From assembly GCA_963843375.1 (NCBI GenBank), contig CAWJKT010000015.1, positions 1-64,000 on the forward strand: 64,000 nt of DNA, in the 5' to 3' direction. The stretch's first letter is position 1; every line of letters begins with the position of its first letter. This DNA comes from an uncultured Pseudomonadota bacterium (GTDB lineage: Bacteria > Oederibacteriota > Muellerivitia > Muellerivitales > Muellerivitaceae). A program made the position numbers and the translations under genes. Of this stretch, positions 41,040 to 52,876 are shown one piece after another. Below the pieces are notes generated by a model, which saw only the letters and a program-made list of their open reading frames with translations, was not told where the DNA came from and searched no databases.

Positions 41040-43097
41040 ATGAATATCGCTCAAAGATTATCCTCGGTCGTCCGCGAGGCAAGCCTTGAGAACCGTCCCC
41101 AACAAAACGAAATGGCCCAAGCCATCGGCCAAACTCTCGAAAAGGGCGGCTTTTTGATGGTTGAGGCCGGGACAGGGGTGGGAAAAAGTTTTGCCTATCT
41201 GATCCCCGCTTTGGAATATGCCCTCAAGAACGGCGGACCCGTCGTGGTCTCGACTCATACTCTAACACTCCAAGAACAACTATATGAGAAAGACCTTCCT
41301 ATCGTCCTGAATGCCTTGGAGAAGGAAGGTAAGGGGCTGGCTTCGGCGGTTTTAATGAAGGGACGGGGAAATTATCTTTCAAAACGTCGATTGGGTTTGG
41401 CCCTTGAAAATAAACCGCAAATGGATTTCGATGGGGAGAATTCCCAACTTTTAAAAATCCAGGAATGGGCCTCCACCTCCATGGAGGGGACTTTGGCTTC
41501 CGTCGGATTCCTGGTCCCTTCCGAAGTCTGGGGTGAAGTTAAAAGCGACCCTTTTCATTGTTTGGGGCCCAAGTGCCAGACTTTTAAAACTTGTTTTTAT
41601 CACTCGGTTAGGCAAAAAGGGCATGGAGCCCACATCATCTTGGTGAACCATGCTCTTCTCTTGGCGGATTTGTCCTTGAAAATGGAAGAGGAACAAGGTG
41701 TCCTTCCACCTTATGAGGTCCTGATTGTGGATGAGGCTCACCACCTCCCAGCTTTGGCCGCCGAACATTTGGCTACCAGTTTCTCCTTTACTGATTGCAT
41801 AGGATTAATAAGACGGCTGCTTTATTCGGATGATAAATCCGATAAAGGAAAGAAAGGACTTTTTACACTTCTGCCTACCTCCGGTGCCGGAGAGGCAGTA
41901 ATGGAATTCAAGGCCGCCGTGGAAGGTTTTTTTAATGAGATCGCTTTGTCCGCCTTTCCTGTTGCTTCCGTGAATCGCTCTTATCCTTTGCCTGCAGAAA
42001 CTCCCTCGGTTGAGAAGCTTGCTTTGCCCTTACAAAAAATCGAATATCTTTTGGAGATAGCCGAAAAATCCGCGTCTTCGGAAGAGTTGGCGATGGAAGC
42101 TAAAGGAACGCGGGAGGAATGCCGGGCACTGGTGAAACGCTTGTCTTATATATTAGAACGAGGATGGGGAGAGGAATCCTGTTATGTCGTAGAGCCGGAC
42201 GGGGCCGCTTTGCGCCGTGGGGAACGGAAAGCCTCGGCCATCAAAGCCATTCCCTTGGACGCTTCCGGCTTGTTAAGGGAACATCTTCTTTCTTCTGTCA
42301 AGTCGGTAATTTTCACAAGCGCGACTCTTTCAGTTGGCAACGATTTCGCATATTTCAAACATTCCCTGGGACTGGATGATTTTGAGGAAAAGGAAAGAGT
42401 CAAAACCCTGCTCGTCGGGTCGCCGTTTAATTATAAGAAGCAAGTGACTCTTTTTTTGCCCCGGTCCATGCCGCACCCGAAACGAGAAGAGGAAGGGTAT
42501 ACGCGGGCGGTTATCGATTATACCCGAGCTTCCTTAAAGCACTCCCACGGCAAAGCTTTCGTTCTTTTTACAAGTTTTAAAATGCTTCGGCAGGTATCCA
42601 AAGCGGTGCGTAGGGACATGGAGGAAATGGGAATTACCCTATTGATTCAGGGAGAAGAGGGGTGGGATCGTACCCGGCTTCTCAAAGTTTTTCGTGAGGA
42701 TGTCCATTCGGTCTTATTCGGGGTCAACAGTTTCTGGGAAGGGGTAGATGTACCTGGAGAGGCGCTATCCAACCTGATTATCACTAAGCTTCCTTTTCAG
42801 GTGCCCGAAGGACCGTTGGTGGAAGCCCGACATGCTCGCATGAAGGAGCAGGGATTGGAGCCGTTCCAGGTCGAAAGCTTGCCGGAAGCGGTATTGCGTT
42901 TAAAACAGGGGTTCGGCCGGTTGATTCGTACCGCTACCGATGTCGGTACTGTGACCATTCTGGATCCACGAGTAACCAGCGAGCGATGGGGAAGAGTTTT
43001 CTTGAACGCGCTCCCCGAATGCGAGGTAGTCTATCTTTCCAAGCCAGGGACTCCTGAAAAAAAGCCAAATGCTAAAACAAAAATGAAACAAAATTGA
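41040..43097 (+). CDS. DinG/YoaA-family ATP-dependent DNA helicase
   Basis: EAGTGVGKS, KGRGNY, C-x4-C-x5-C cysteines, DEAH, SFWEGVDVPG, LKQGFGRLIR. Confidence 0.92.
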   Translation: MNIAQRLSSVVREASLENRPQQNEMAQAIGQTLEKGGFLMVEAGTGVGKSFAYLIPALEYALKNGGPVVVSTHTLTLQEQLYEKDLPIVLNALEKEGKGLASAVLMKGRGNYLSKRRLGLALENKPQMDFDGENSQLLKIQEWASTSMEGTLASVGFLVPSEVWGEVKSDPFHCLGPKCQTFKTCFYHSVRQKGHGAHIILVNHALLLADLSLKMEEEQGVLPPYEVLIVDEAHHLPALAAEHLATSFSFTDCIGLIRRLLYSDDKSDKGKKGLFTLLPTSGAGEAVMEFKAAVEGFFNEIALSAFPVASVNRSYPLPAETPSVEKLALPLQKIEYLLEIAEKSASSEELAMEAKGTREECRALVKRLSYILERGWGEESCYVVEPDGAALRRGERKASAIKAIPLDASGLLREHLLSSVKSVIFTSATLSVGNDFAYFKHSLGLDDFEEKERVKTLLVGSPFNYKKQVTLFLPRSMPHPKREEEGYTRAVIDYTRASLKHSHGKAFVLFTSFKMLRQVSKAVRRDMEEMGITLLIQGEEGWDRTRLLKVFREDVHSVLFGVNSFWEGVDVPGEALSNLIITKLPFQVPEGPLVEARHARMKEQGLEPFQVESLPEAVLRLKQGFGRLIRTATDVGTVTILDPRVTSERWGRVFLNALPECEVVYLSKPGTPEKKPNAKTKMKQN

Positions 43098-43152
43098 GAA
43101 TTTAATGTATTCATAAGACGGGGGAACCAGATTTCGATCCAAGGAGGTTTTT

Positions 43153-43680
43153 ATGGGGAAAGGATTTTTGCTTGGAATCTTAATGTCGATCTTTACTGTT
43201 CTGGCTGGCGGATATCTTTTCGTGACAAAGGGCTGGATGCCGGCCAACGCCGATGGAACTCCACCGGCTATTGAGAAGTGGATGGCAAGAACCTCCCTTA
43301 GGGCCACCCTCCAAAGAGAAGCTCCTCAAATTCCTAACCCGGTTGCTTTGACCAATGAAAATCTGATTGTGGGAATTAAACTTTACGCTGTCAATTGCGC
43401 CGTTTGCCATGGAGCCGCCGATGGCAAGGCCTCCAATATCGCCGTGGGTCTTTACCAGCATGCGCCGCAATTGGCTATGCACGGAGTAACGGATGATCCG
43501 GATGGAAAAATCTATTGGAAAATCAAACACGGCATCCGGTTGACTGGAATGCCGGCCTTCAGTGAAACCTTAAGCGAAAACCAAATTTGGCAAATAGTGC
43601 TTTTTCTGAAAAATATGGATTCACTTACTCCGGCCGCAAGCAAAGTTTGGAATAAAGTTCCTGATTCGGGTTCGTATTAA
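43153..43680 (+). CDS. Membrane-anchored monoheme cytochrome c
   Basis: N-terminal TM, CAVCHG, GIRLTGMPAF. Confidence 0.9.
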   Translation: MGKGFLLGILMSIFTVLAGGYLFVTKGWMPANADGTPPAIEKWMARTSLRATLQREAPQIPNPVALTNENLIVGIKLYAVNCAVCHGAADGKASNIAVGLYQHAPQLAMHGVTDDPDGKIYWKIKHGIRLTGMPAFSETLSENQIWQIVLFLKNMDSLTPAASKVWNKVPDSGSY

Positions 43681-43774
43681 TATACCGTTCATCAAACGAT
43701 AGTTCCTTTGCAGGATTTACTTAGGTTTGAAATTACATTGTTCCTTTCCCCTGAATTGCCTGTAAAATACCCCC

Positions 43775-44836
43775 ATGCCCCGTCCTAAAACTGCTTCCAA
43801 ACCATCTGTAAGCGACCCGACGGAAGAACTTCGCATGATGAATCCGAAAAAAAGTGGGGAGGAAGAGGAGCAAACTCTCCGGCCCCAACGTTTGGCCGAT
43901 TATGTGGGCCAATCAGCCCTCAAAGACTCCCTTTCAATCACCCTTTCAGCGGCACAAAAACGTAAAGAGGCACTGGAGCATCTATTGCTTTCGGGTCCGC
44001 CGGGACTAGGTAAAACCACTTTGGCTTCCATCATCGCAAAAGAAATGGGCGTAAATATCAAGACCACGTCAGGACCAGTCATTGAAAGGGCTGGTGACTT
44101 GGCCGCGCTTTTAACCAATCTCCAACCACATGATCTCTTGTTCATTGATGAAATACATCGGTTGCCCCGTGTGGTGGAAGAGGTGCTCTACCCCGCCATG
44201 GAAGATTTTGAGCTGGATATTATGATTGGAAAGGGACCTACGGCCCGAGCCATCCGACTTAGCCTGCCACCCTTTACGTTAGTGGGAGCAACAACCCGGT
44301 CGGGAAAGGTGAGCGCTCCTTTGAGAGACCGATTTGGGTTGTCGTTTCGTCTTGAGTTTTATACTCCGGAAGAATTGACCTCCATTGTAAAAAGATCGGC
44401 TCAGGTTCTGAAGATTGAGATTTCAAACGATGGAGCGGTGGAAATCGCTAAAAGGTCTCGTGGGACCCCGCGATTGGCAAATCGATTACTAAAGCGTGTT
44501 CGGGATTTTGCGGAAGTGAAACGCAAGGGCCACATTGACCATGAAGTTGCGGATTCGGCTTTGAAACTTTTGGAAGTCGATGGCTTGGGACTGGACCGGA
44601 TGGACAGGCGCATCCTTTCCTGTATCATAGAAAAGTTTTCAGGTGGGCCTGTGGGAATTGAAACACTTGCTATGGCGGTGGGGGAAGAGTCTGAGACTGT
44701 TGAAGATGTTTATGAATCCTATCTCGTGCAAATCGGATTTTTGCAACGAACCTCCAGTGGGCGAAAGGCTACGGTGTTGGCTTACAGGCATTTGGGTATA
44801 ACACCTCCTTCCCTCGCACAAGGTAACCTCTTGTGA
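43775..44836 (+). CDS. ruvB: Holliday junction branch migration helicase RuvB
   Basis: [42 protein letters not shown]. Confidence 0.97.
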   Translation: MPRPKTASKPSVSDPTEELRMMNPKKSGEEEEQTLRPQRLADYVGQSALKDSLSITLSAAQKRKEALEHLLLSGPPGLGKTTLASIIAKEMGVNIKTTSGPVIERAGDLAALLTNLQPHDLLFIDEIHRLPRVVEEVLYPAMEDFELDIMIGKGPTARAIRLSLPPFTLVGATTRSGKVSAPLRDRFGLSFRLEFYTPEELTSIVKRSAQVLKIEISNDGAVEIAKRSRGTPRLANRLLKRVRDFAEVKRKGHIDHEVADSALKLLEVDGLGLDRMDRRILSCIIEKFSGGPVGIETLAMAVGEESETVEDVYESYLVQIGFLQRTSSGRKATVLAYRHLGITPPSLAQGNLL

Positions 44837-46101
44837 ACAGCAATAAACCTGGGCTTAAAAGAGCTGAAATCCTACTTTATTCCCTTATTACGCTTCTTGG
44901 CGTGATTATCGGCTTGGTTTTCCCCCTCTTGCAAAATTTAAAGTCCACCAGCCTCTTCTGGTTTTATGTCATTTGTGTCTTATCAGGTGTTTTTGCGGCG
45001 GGACTAATCCTTTGGGTTGTTCAAAAAATTGTTTTAAGTCCTTTGGATGAGTTTTTGGATGCGATGGAACGGGCTTCCTTGGGTGATTTGAACGTTGCGA
45101 TTGAAGGGAAATACATTGGGGATTTTCAGTCGCTGGCTCAACATTTTAACCTCATGCTTCAATCCATCCGTTCCTCAGTAGAACAACTGACGAAAAGTTC
45201 CGAGGAGACGCTCCATTTGGCCGAACAATTGACCCAAACAATCCAGCAAATGCATGGCGCCACCGAGGAAGTTTCCGCCACGATCCAAAATATATCAAAG
45301 GGCGCCGAGGAACAGGCGGTCAAGGTTCAGGAGGCTTTCAATATCATCGACAAGATGGCGGGAAACATTCAAACTTCAGCGGAGCTTTTAAGCAACTCGG
45401 AAAAGGTGGTTTCTCGGTCTAAAAATGCCTCTGCGGCGGGCAGTCACGCCGTACAACGAACCACTATCCAGATGAATGCGATCCATGAAGTAGTACAGAA
45501 TTCAGCCCGTGAGGTCACGGAACTGGGTAACCGGTCCAAAGCGATTGGAAAAGTCGTTGAAGTTATAACCCACATCTCGGACCAGACCAATTTATTGGCC
45601 TTGAATGCCGCTATCGAGGCCGCGAGAGCCGGGGAATATGGGCGGGGTTTCGCGGTAGTTGCCGAGGAAGTGAAGAAACTTGCCGATGGCTCTGCCGAAG
45701 CAGCGAACCAAATCGGCGTCATGATTCGGGAGATTCAAAAAGAAATATCGACCGTGGTCAGTACCATGAGCGCGGGTGCCGAAAAAGTTACGGAGGGTTT
45801 GGGGGTGGTCGCCCAGGGCGGGGAAGCCCTTAAAGAAATCCAGTCCGCTTCCGATGAAGTGGCATTGCAGGTGCAGGAAATCTCAAAATCTTTTGAAAAC
45901 CAAGCGGATCAAGCCGGGAAAGTAGTTGAGGCTATCACCAATATCGTGGCGGTTTCCGAGGAAAATGCCTCCGCTACAGAGGAAATCTCGGCGTCCACAG
46001 AGGAATTGACTGCTTCCATGGAATCCATGGTGGCAGCGGCCCGGCAATTGGAGGGGGTGGCCCAGCGTTTGAGGGAAGCTGCGGCTAATTTCAATGCTTA
46101 A
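44833..46101 (+). CDS. Methyl-accepting chemotaxis protein (2 TM, HAMP, almost no periplasmic domain)
   Basis: [37 protein letters not shown]. Confidence 0.95.
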   Translation: MNSNKPGLKRAEILLYSLITLLGVIIGLVFPLLQNLKSTSLFWFYVICVLSGVFAAGLILWVVQKIVLSPLDEFLDAMERASLGDLNVAIEGKYIGDFQSLAQHFNLMLQSIRSSVEQLTKSSEETLHLAEQLTQTIQQMHGATEEVSATIQNISKGAEEQAVKVQEAFNIIDKMAGNIQTSAELLSNSEKVVSRSKNASAAGSHAVQRTTIQMNAIHEVVQNSAREVTELGNRSKAIGKVVEVITHISDQTNLLALNAAIEAARAGEYGRGFAVVAEEVKKLADGSAEAANQIGVMIREIQKEISTVVSTMSAGAEKVTEGLGVVAQGGEALKEIQSASDEVALQVQEISKSFENQADQAGKVVEAITNIVAVSEENASATEEISASTEELTASMESMVAAARQLEGVAQRLREAAANFNA

Positions 46102-46343
46102 AAGCCCATCATCGGACTGTTCCAAAGTAGTCAATCACTTTAAAACAAGGAACTAAGAACAGGTTTTTATGGTATAGTTTCCACTCGTTTTTAAAGAAAT
46201 ATATTGTTTTTTAAATGAATCAAAGGCAAAAAATTACTCTTGAAATTATTTGACGGGTTTATATATATTTTCACCCGGTGTAAGTCCTGCGATTGACAAT
46301 TCGTCTTGAAAACTGCTAACAAAATATTTAAAAGGCTTCCCTC

Positions 46344-47288
46344 GTGATTGAAGTCAAAGATCTTGTGAAATCCTATGGATCCCTGGCTGCGGTAGATCGG
46401 GTCACTTTTTCTGTTCCCAAAGGAACTATTTTGGGTCTTTTGGGTCCTAACGGCGCAGGCAAAACCACCACTATGAGGATTTTAACTACATCGCTTGCCC
46501 CAAGCGCCGGGAAAGCTACCGTCGCCGGATTTGACGTGGTAGAGGAACCCCAAGAAGTTCGAAAAAGAATAGGTTACCTTCCGGAAATTCCCCCGATTTA
46601 TACCGATATGTCGGTTATTAATTACCTTCGATTTGTCGCGGATATTAAGGAAGTGCCTGTTGATAAAAAGGCGAACCGCGTGGGTGAAGTTTTGGAAATG
46701 CTTTCGTTGGAGGATATGAGCCGTCGGTTGATTGGTCATCTTTCCTTGGGATACCGGCAAAGGGTGGGATTGGCTCAGGCGCTTATTCACGATCCCGAAA
46801 TACTGATTCTGGACGAGCCGACCCGCGGTCTTGATCCAAAGCAAATCCTTGAGATCCGCAAACTCATCAAGTCCCTCAGCGGTAAAAAAACGATCATCCT
46901 TTCCACCCACATTTTGCCCGAGGTTTCCTCAACATGCGATGATGTGGTGATTATCGACCGTGGTAGGGTGGTGGCGGCCGATACAGTTGAAAACCTTTCA
47001 CAAAGGATTTCGGGCGGTAAAACCCTCGAAATCGAAGTGAAGGGTCCCGCGGCAGACATTGAAAAAGCCCTGCAAAAATCCGAAGGAGTCACTGCGGTCC
47101 GGTCGGTGGCGAAGGAAAATCGTGGACTTTGCAAATTCGAAGTCACCACTGATGGAAGTAATGATTCTCGGGAAGCCCTATTTCAATGCATTGTGCGAAA
47201 CAAATGGGTTCTCTATCAATTAACCCCGCTCGGGATGAGTTTGGAAGATGTCTTCTTGAAACTCACCACAAAGGATGCGACCGCATGA
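46344..47288 (+). CDS. ABC transporter ATP-binding protein (GldA-like)
   Basis: GPNGAGKTT, LSLGYRQRVGLAQAL, ILDEPT. Confidence 0.9.
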   Translation: MIEVKDLVKSYGSLAAVDRVTFSVPKGTILGLLGPNGAGKTTTMRILTTSLAPSAGKATVAGFDVVEEPQEVRKRIGYLPEIPPIYTDMSVINYLRFVADIKEVPVDKKANRVGEVLEMLSLEDMSRRLIGHLSLGYRQRVGLAQALIHDPEILILDEPTRGLDPKQILEIRKLIKSLSGKKTIILSTHILPEVSSTCDDVVIIDRGRVVAADTVENLSQRISGGKTLEIEVKGPAADIEKALQKSEGVTAVRSVAKENRGLCKFEVTTDGSNDSREALFQCIVRNKWVLYQLTPLGMSLEDVFLKLTTKDATA

Positions 47289-47998
47289 ATTCACGGAAAC
47301 TATTTGCCCTAGTTCGAAAGGAATTGACGCATTATTTTTCATCTTTTATGGGTTATGTTGTCATGTTCGCTTTTTTTGCCATCGGAGGATTTTTTTATTA
47401 TTTGATCATGGTTCAAACCCGGCAGGCCAGCATGAAGCCGGTTTTCCAAAACCTTAATGTGATTCTGCTTTTCGTAACACCCGTGATTACAATGCGGCTT
47501 TGGTCCGAAGAGGAAAAAAGCGGGACCGCTGAGCTTTTAAAAACTTCCCCCATGACTATTTGGGAAATCGTCATTGGAAAATATCTGGGAGTCTGCTGTT
47601 TCTTCCTAGTGACCTTGATCCCTACTTTCATATATCTGGCTCTTATCATGGCGACGGGAAACCCGGATATGCAGCCCATTTTAGCCAATTACATGGGTTA
47701 TATCCTTGCGGCCATGTCATTTTTTGCCTTAGGCCTCTTGGCTTCCACCTTGACCGAAAACCAAATCATCGCCGCCGTTATCACATTTGCAATGCTTTTG
47801 CTTCTATGGGTTATTGGCGCCGCCGGAGGGAACGTGCAAGGGCCGTTAGGGGATTTCCTGAAATATCTGTCGATATTCGAACATACAGACGATTTTTTTG
47901 CTGGCATTATCGATTTGAGCCATATCGTTTATTTCGCCAGCCTGATTTTCCTCGGCTTGTTCTTTTCGGTCAAAATCCTGGAAAGCAAGAGAACCTGA
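47285..47998 (+). CDS. ABC-2 permease (GldF-like)
   Basis: RKELTHYFSS, TMRLWSEEEKSGTAELL, TENQIIAA; ATGA overlap. Confidence 0.9.
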   Translation: MNSRKLFALVRKELTHYFSSFMGYVVMFAFFAIGGFFYYLIMVQTRQASMKPVFQNLNVILLFVTPVITMRLWSEEEKSGTAELLKTSPMTIWEIVIGKYLGVCCFFLVTLIPTFIYLALIMATGNPDMQPILANYMGYILAAMSFFALGLLASTLTENQIIAAVITFAMLLLLWVIGAAGGNVQGPLGDFLKYLSIFEHTDDFFAGIIDLSHIVYFASLIFLGLFFSVKILESKRT

Positions 47999-47999
47999 T

Positions 48000-49610
48000 A
48001 TGAGCTACAACTCTTTTTTGATCCAAATGCGTTCCTACAACACAATACTTTTGTCGGCCGGGCTGGCCCTCGTTATCAGCGGCCTCTTGGCCGTGGGAAT
48101 CCTCAATTCCACTAACTGGTGGAACATCGCCTTGATGGTATTGGGCCTGGTAGTCCTGGCTCTTTTTCTTCTCGCCAACTTAGCCGAAGTAAAGGCGGTT
48201 GGAAAAAAGCGATCTACCGCGGTCCGTGCTAATTTATCGTTGGTGGCCGTGGCGATGGTAGGAATCGTTATCGGTGTTAATTATATCGTATCCCGTCACC
48301 CTATCCGCTTTGACATGACCTCCAATAAAATTTATACCCTTTCCGACCAAACCCTGGATGCTTTGAAAAAGCTCACCCAGGATGTGGATGTCACCATGTT
48401 CACGTCGGCCAAACGTTCTTCCAGCGCCGAAATTCAAAAGGCCCAACAACTTTTAGAGGAATACGCCAAGAATTCAAGCAAGTTCCATTTTAAAATCGTG
48501 GATGGGGATAGGAACCCGGCCGAGGCAAGGCAGTTGAAAGTTACCGAGGCCAATACGGTCGTTTTTATGTCGGGTGACAACCGAAAAGACGTTCTTCAAC
48601 GCGATTACGTGACTTACTCACTTCAGGGTCGCCAGCCGGTCCCGAAATTCCAGGGTGAAGCCACTTTTACCTCCGCCTTGATGCAGATGACCGACTCTTC
48701 CCATTTAACCTTTTATTTCACTGAAGGGCACGGAGAGAAAGACTTCACAAGTCCCCAACCTGATGGTTTTAATGGGTTCAAAGACCTTTTAGAAAAACAA
48801 AACTACACGTTCAAGACTCAAAACATCCTTACAACTGGAAAAATTCCTGATGATGCCTCGGTTTTATGCATCATGGGACCCGAGAAGCCCTTTCAACCTT
48901 CCGAGGTCGACTTGATAAAAGCCTATCTCCTTAAAGGGGGGAAGTTGGTGGCTTGCGTGGATCCGATCGTCAAATCGGGACTTGATTCTTTATTTAAAGA
49001 TTACGGCGTCAAACTCGGAAATGACATGGTCGTGGATCCAACTATGAGTATTCCTCCCGATCCTCGAAATGTCGTACCCCAATATCAATACCATCCTATT
49101 GTCGAAAAACTTTCCAGCAGCCATGTCTTGACCATCATGCCATTTATGAGAAGCGTCCAGAAGGTTGATCCCGGGATCAAGGGCGTGACGGCGACGGTTT
49201 TTATGCAAACCACCGCGAATGGATGGGGTTTCACTGATTTTAAAGCCAAAAGTTTGAAATACCATGCGGGCATTGATACGAAGGGTCCTGTTCCCTTGGC
49301 TATCGCTTCCGAACTAGTTCTTCCGGATAATCCGGCCAAAAAGGCACGGGTGGTCGTTTATGGAGGGTCCAACTTCTTGTCCAATCAGTTCCTGCAAGCG
49401 CCAGGAAATGGGGATGTGGGTCTCAATACTTTTAGCTGGGTTGCCGAACAGGAGAATAAAATTTCTATCCATCCCAAAGAAGACGATAATCGGGTGGTCA
49501 ACTTGACGACCGTCAGCGCGGCGGTCATGCTTTATACCGCTGTTTTCATTATCCCCTTGGGTACCCTACTTATCGGCGGAATTGTTTGGTATAGACGCCG
49601 TTCCCTATGA
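48000..49610 (+). CDS. GldG-like ABC auxiliary component
   Basis: RFDMTSNKIYTLSDQT, YFTEGHGE, YLLKGGKL, C-terminal TM ending WYRRR. Confidence 0.88.
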   Translation: MSYNSFLIQMRSYNTILLSAGLALVISGLLAVGILNSTNWWNIALMVLGLVVLALFLLANLAEVKAVGKKRSTAVRANLSLVAVAMVGIVIGVNYIVSRHPIRFDMTSNKIYTLSDQTLDALKKLTQDVDVTMFTSAKRSSSAEIQKAQQLLEEYAKNSSKFHFKIVDGDRNPAEARQLKVTEANTVVFMSGDNRKDVLQRDYVTYSLQGRQPVPKFQGEATFTSALMQMTDSSHLTFYFTEGHGEKDFTSPQPDGFNGFKDLLEKQNYTFKTQNILTTGKIPDDASVLCIMGPEKPFQPSEVDLIKAYLLKGGKLVACVDPIVKSGLDSLFKDYGVKLGNDMVVDPTMSIPPDPRNVVPQYQYHPIVEKLSSSHVLTIMPFMRSVQKVDPGIKGVTATVFMQTTANGWGFTDFKAKSLKYHAGIDTKGPVPLAIASELVLPDNPAKKARVVVYGGSNFLSNQFLQAPGNGDVGLNTFSWVAEQENKISIHPKEDDNRVVNLTTVSAAVMLYTAVFIIPLGTLLIGGIVWYRRRSL

Positions 49611-50982
49611 AGAACACGCTCATCTACCTCGCTGTAGCCGCTCTTTTGGGTGGTTATATCTATTTTTTCGAACGGGGTCCCGTCAAACCCAAAGATGAAG
49701 AAAAAAAGACAAAAGTATTCGATAACTTCGTCGCGGACGACATCCGGGACATCACGATCGAAAATTTGGGAACCACTTTAACCGCCAAAAAAACACCCAT
49801 CGAGTTGAAAAAAGACGATAAAGATGTTTGGCAGATCATCTCTCCCAAACCATTTAAGGCTGATGAAGCCACGATCCGCACCATGCTTACGGGTGTAGGT
49901 GACTTTGACCCTGATACCACCATTGACAATCCCACCAATTTAAAGGACTACGGCCTTGATCAACCCTCAGCTCGATGCACCTTAAAGTCTAAAAATGGCA
50001 CTTCTTTTGTTTTGCTGATAGGTGATAAAAACATGTCGAGTTCCTCCACCTACATCAAACGAGGCGATAAGAATAGCGTTTATTTAGTGGCATCTTTTGG
50101 GGCGGATAATTTAACGAAAGATCTTAATAATTACCGAAATAAGACCTTCTTTAAAACCGATCTGGTTTTGGCTCAAAAAGTCGAAATAACTCGCGATGGA
50201 AAGGCGATTACTTTTGAGAAGGACAAGGATAACAATTGGAACATCACTGAACCAATACAAGCCCGAGCCGACGAGGGTAAAATGCAGGGACCTAATGAAC
50301 AATATCAGTTCTTTAAATATCCAGGATTTTGAAAATGACAATCCATCGGGTCTTTCCAAATATGGATTATCCAAGCCCCATATTCGAATCGAAGTTTGGT
50401 CCAGTGATAGCAAAACACCCCGGAGCATCCTGATAGGCCATAAGAAGGAAAAAACGACCAACTTATACGCTGATGTATAGTGAGACCGCCTCCGTTTACC
50501 TGGTTGGCCAATATATCGACAAAACTATGGATTTGAAACTGGCTGATTTTAGGGACAAAAAGGCCATGCAATTTGACGGAGGAGCGGTTAAATCCATCAC
50601 GGTTAAGCATGGGGATTCGACCTTCGTTTACCAGAAGGATGCCAAAGGATCAATGGAATTCCCCTGGGCGGGCCGACGCCAATGGGGAAGGTACCGCTTT
50701 GGTGAACCAACTGTCCGGAATCACGATCACTGATTTTGCCGAAGAGGGGGCTTTGACCGGACTGCAGCAGCCAGCCTTTATTGTGGCGGTGGCATTGAGC
50801 CGATGGAACGATTCGAACCTTCCGTTTTGGGACCAGGGATAAGGGCAAGGTTTATTTAGCCTCGGATAAAACCAAGGACGTTTACTTGGTCGCCGATGGG
50901 GTTATTTCACTGATGGAAGTTTATTACAATACCGTCCTCACTCCTGTGCCTGCCATGAAGGTTCCAATCCGCAACGAAATAG
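49607..50982 (+). CDS. DUF4340-domain protein, frameshifted; 3' end approximate
   Basis: N-terminal TM, repeated WxIxxP...AD...LxxYGLxxP modules; usual partner of gldAFG-like operons. Confidence 0.75.
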
Positions 50983-51045
50983 GCTTCTTCCTCCAGTTCG
51001 TTCCAAGGGCTGACAGCATCTATCGCGGATGTTATAGTGTGCCTC

Positions 51046-51836
51046 ATGCCTGACTTGATTCCAGATCGCCCCAAATATTTGACAGAACATTTAAACGAAT
51101 TGCGACAAGGGTTGATCAAGTCCTCGGTTTTTATGTGTTCTTGGAATGGTCGCTGGCCTTTTGGAAATCGGATTTGCTTTTTGTGGTCCTTCTCAAACCC
51201 TTTCATGACTCCTTGGCCACCTTTCCCGAATTCAGTTCCCAAGTCCATACCCTGCAAACCCTCACCCCGATTGAGGCCTTCATGATCAACATGAAACTGG
51301 CCGCTATCGTGGGATTGATCTTGGCTTCTCCCTTTATTCTTTGGCAAATTTGGGGGTTTGTCGCTCCGGCCCTGAAACCCCAGGAACGCAGTGGGATTCT
51401 CATGGTCTTTTTATTGGGTTTGTTTTTCTTTTTGGGGGGGTTGGCTTTCGGTTATTTCGTAATTGTACCCATCGCCATGCGGTTTTTAATTCGATATAAC
51501 TTGGACTACCATTTCATTCCCCAATGGACCTTGCAGGGCTATTTCGGATTTGTGATGAATTTTCTTCTCGTATTCGGGTGTGTTTTTGAATTACCGCTGG
51601 TTTTAGCGGCATTAGTCACGATGGGAATCGCGACACCCGCTTTTTTGTCGCAGAAACGAAAGCACGCTATTGTTGGAATCTTTATTTTGGCCTTTTTCAT
51701 CGCCCCCAGCGCGGATCCTGGTCACACAGACCATTGTGGCCTTGCCTTTAATCGTTTTGTACGAAATTCGGGATACTTCTTTCGCGCTTGGCTTTTAGCC
51801 GTAAAAACAGGATTTCTTGATAATGGTCGTATTTAA
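51046..51836 (+). CDS. tatC: Twin-arginine translocase subunit TatC, frameshifted
   Basis: LTEHLNELR, SPFILWQIWGFVAPALKPQER, FELPL, KRKHA. Confidence 0.9.
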
Positions 51837-51858
51837 TTCAGGTAAAAGCCCGGCTTTA

Positions 51859-51887
51859 TTGACATTTAAATAGTGAAAGTTGATAAT
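51859..51887 (+). promoter_or_regulatory. Sigma70 promoter for fsa/tal
   Basis: TTGACA-17 nt-GATAAT; GGAGG RBS downstream. Confidence 0.65.
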
Positions 51888-51915
51888 TTTAAAAAGAAGA
51901 AGTATGGAGGACTAA

Positions 51916-52575
51916 ATGAAGTTTTTTTTAGATACAGCCAACATTGATGAAATTAAGCAGGGGGTAGCCTGGGGCCTGGTGGATGGCGTGACCACCAATC
52001 CAACTCTAGTCGCCAAAGAAGGGGTCGATTTCCACACCCGAATCAAGGAAATCTGCGCCATGGTAAATGGGTCGGTTTCGGCGGAAGTTACCGCCACCGA
52101 TTACGATGGAATGATCCGGGAAGGGCATATTCTCGCGAAGCTTCATGATAACGTGACGGTTAAGGTTCCCTTGATTCCAGAAGGCATCAAGGCCTGCCGA
52201 ACTTTGAGCCAGGAGGGAATTAAGGTCAATGTGACCCTTTGTTTTTCCCCCTCCCAGGCCCTTTTGGCCGCAAAATCCGGGGCCACTTTCATCAGCCCTT
52301 TCGTGGGCCGGTTGGACGATATTTCCGAGGATGGGATGAAGTTGGTCGGTGAAATTGTCCAAATCTACAAGAATTATGGTTACCCCACGCAGGTCCTGGC
52401 CGCTTCCTTACGGCATCCCCAGCACGTGGTCCAATCGGCACTCATGGGCGCCCACGTTGGAACCATGCCCTTTGGTGTTTTGAAGATGCTTTTCAACCAT
52501 CCTTTAACGGATATCGGCTTAAAGCGGTTCCTTGAAGATTGGGAGAAAGTCAAAGACAAGGTTATGAAGAAATAA
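51916..52575 (+). CDS. Short-type transaldolase / fructose-6-phosphate aldolase family
   Basis: [22 protein letters not shown] (Schiff-base Lys), [11 protein letters not shown]. Confidence 0.93.
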   Translation: MKFFLDTANIDEIKQGVAWGLVDGVTTNPTLVAKEGVDFHTRIKEICAMVNGSVSAEVTATDYDGMIREGHILAKLHDNVTVKVPLIPEGIKACRTLSQEGIKVNVTLCFSPSQALLAAKSGATFISPFVGRLDDISEDGMKLVGEIVQIYKNYGYPTQVLAASLRHPQHVVQSALMGAHVGTMPFGVLKMLFNHPLTDIGLKRFLEDWEKVKDKVMKK

Positions 52576-52595
52576 TTTTTCAAATATTTTTACGT

Positions 52596-52626
52596 AAAAA
52601 AGGGCGGCCATTGGCCGCCCTTTTTT
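52596..52626. terminator. Intrinsic terminator
   Basis: AAAAAGGGCGGCC-ATT-GGCCGCCCTTTTTT. Confidence 0.9.
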
Positions 52627-52646
52627 ATTGGGCTCGAAAGGCGAAA

Positions 52647-52876
52647 ATGTCCGATTTTTCGATGATAGGGAAATGGATCTGTTTTGACCGGGTTGGTTGT
52701 TGGTGGTGATCGGGGCCCTTATTTGGGCCACGGGAAAAATTCCATTTTTAGGGCGCCTTCCGGGCGACCTTCGATTCGAAGGACAAAACTTTAAGTTTTA
52801 TTTTCCATTGGCCACTTGTCTTTTGATCTCGGTTCTCGGTTCGTTATTACTCTGGATTTTTTCCAAGTTTAAATGA
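52647..52876 (+). CDS. DUF2905 small membrane protein, frameshifted
   Basis: My translation KIPFLGRLPGDLRFEGQNFKFYFPLATCLLIS; not in the ORF track. Confidence 0.85.

Noticed and set aside
46344..50982. Evidence for gliding motility
   Set aside because: GldA/F/G-like ABC operons with DUF4340 are widespread in non-gliding bacteria; no gldK-N or sprB here.
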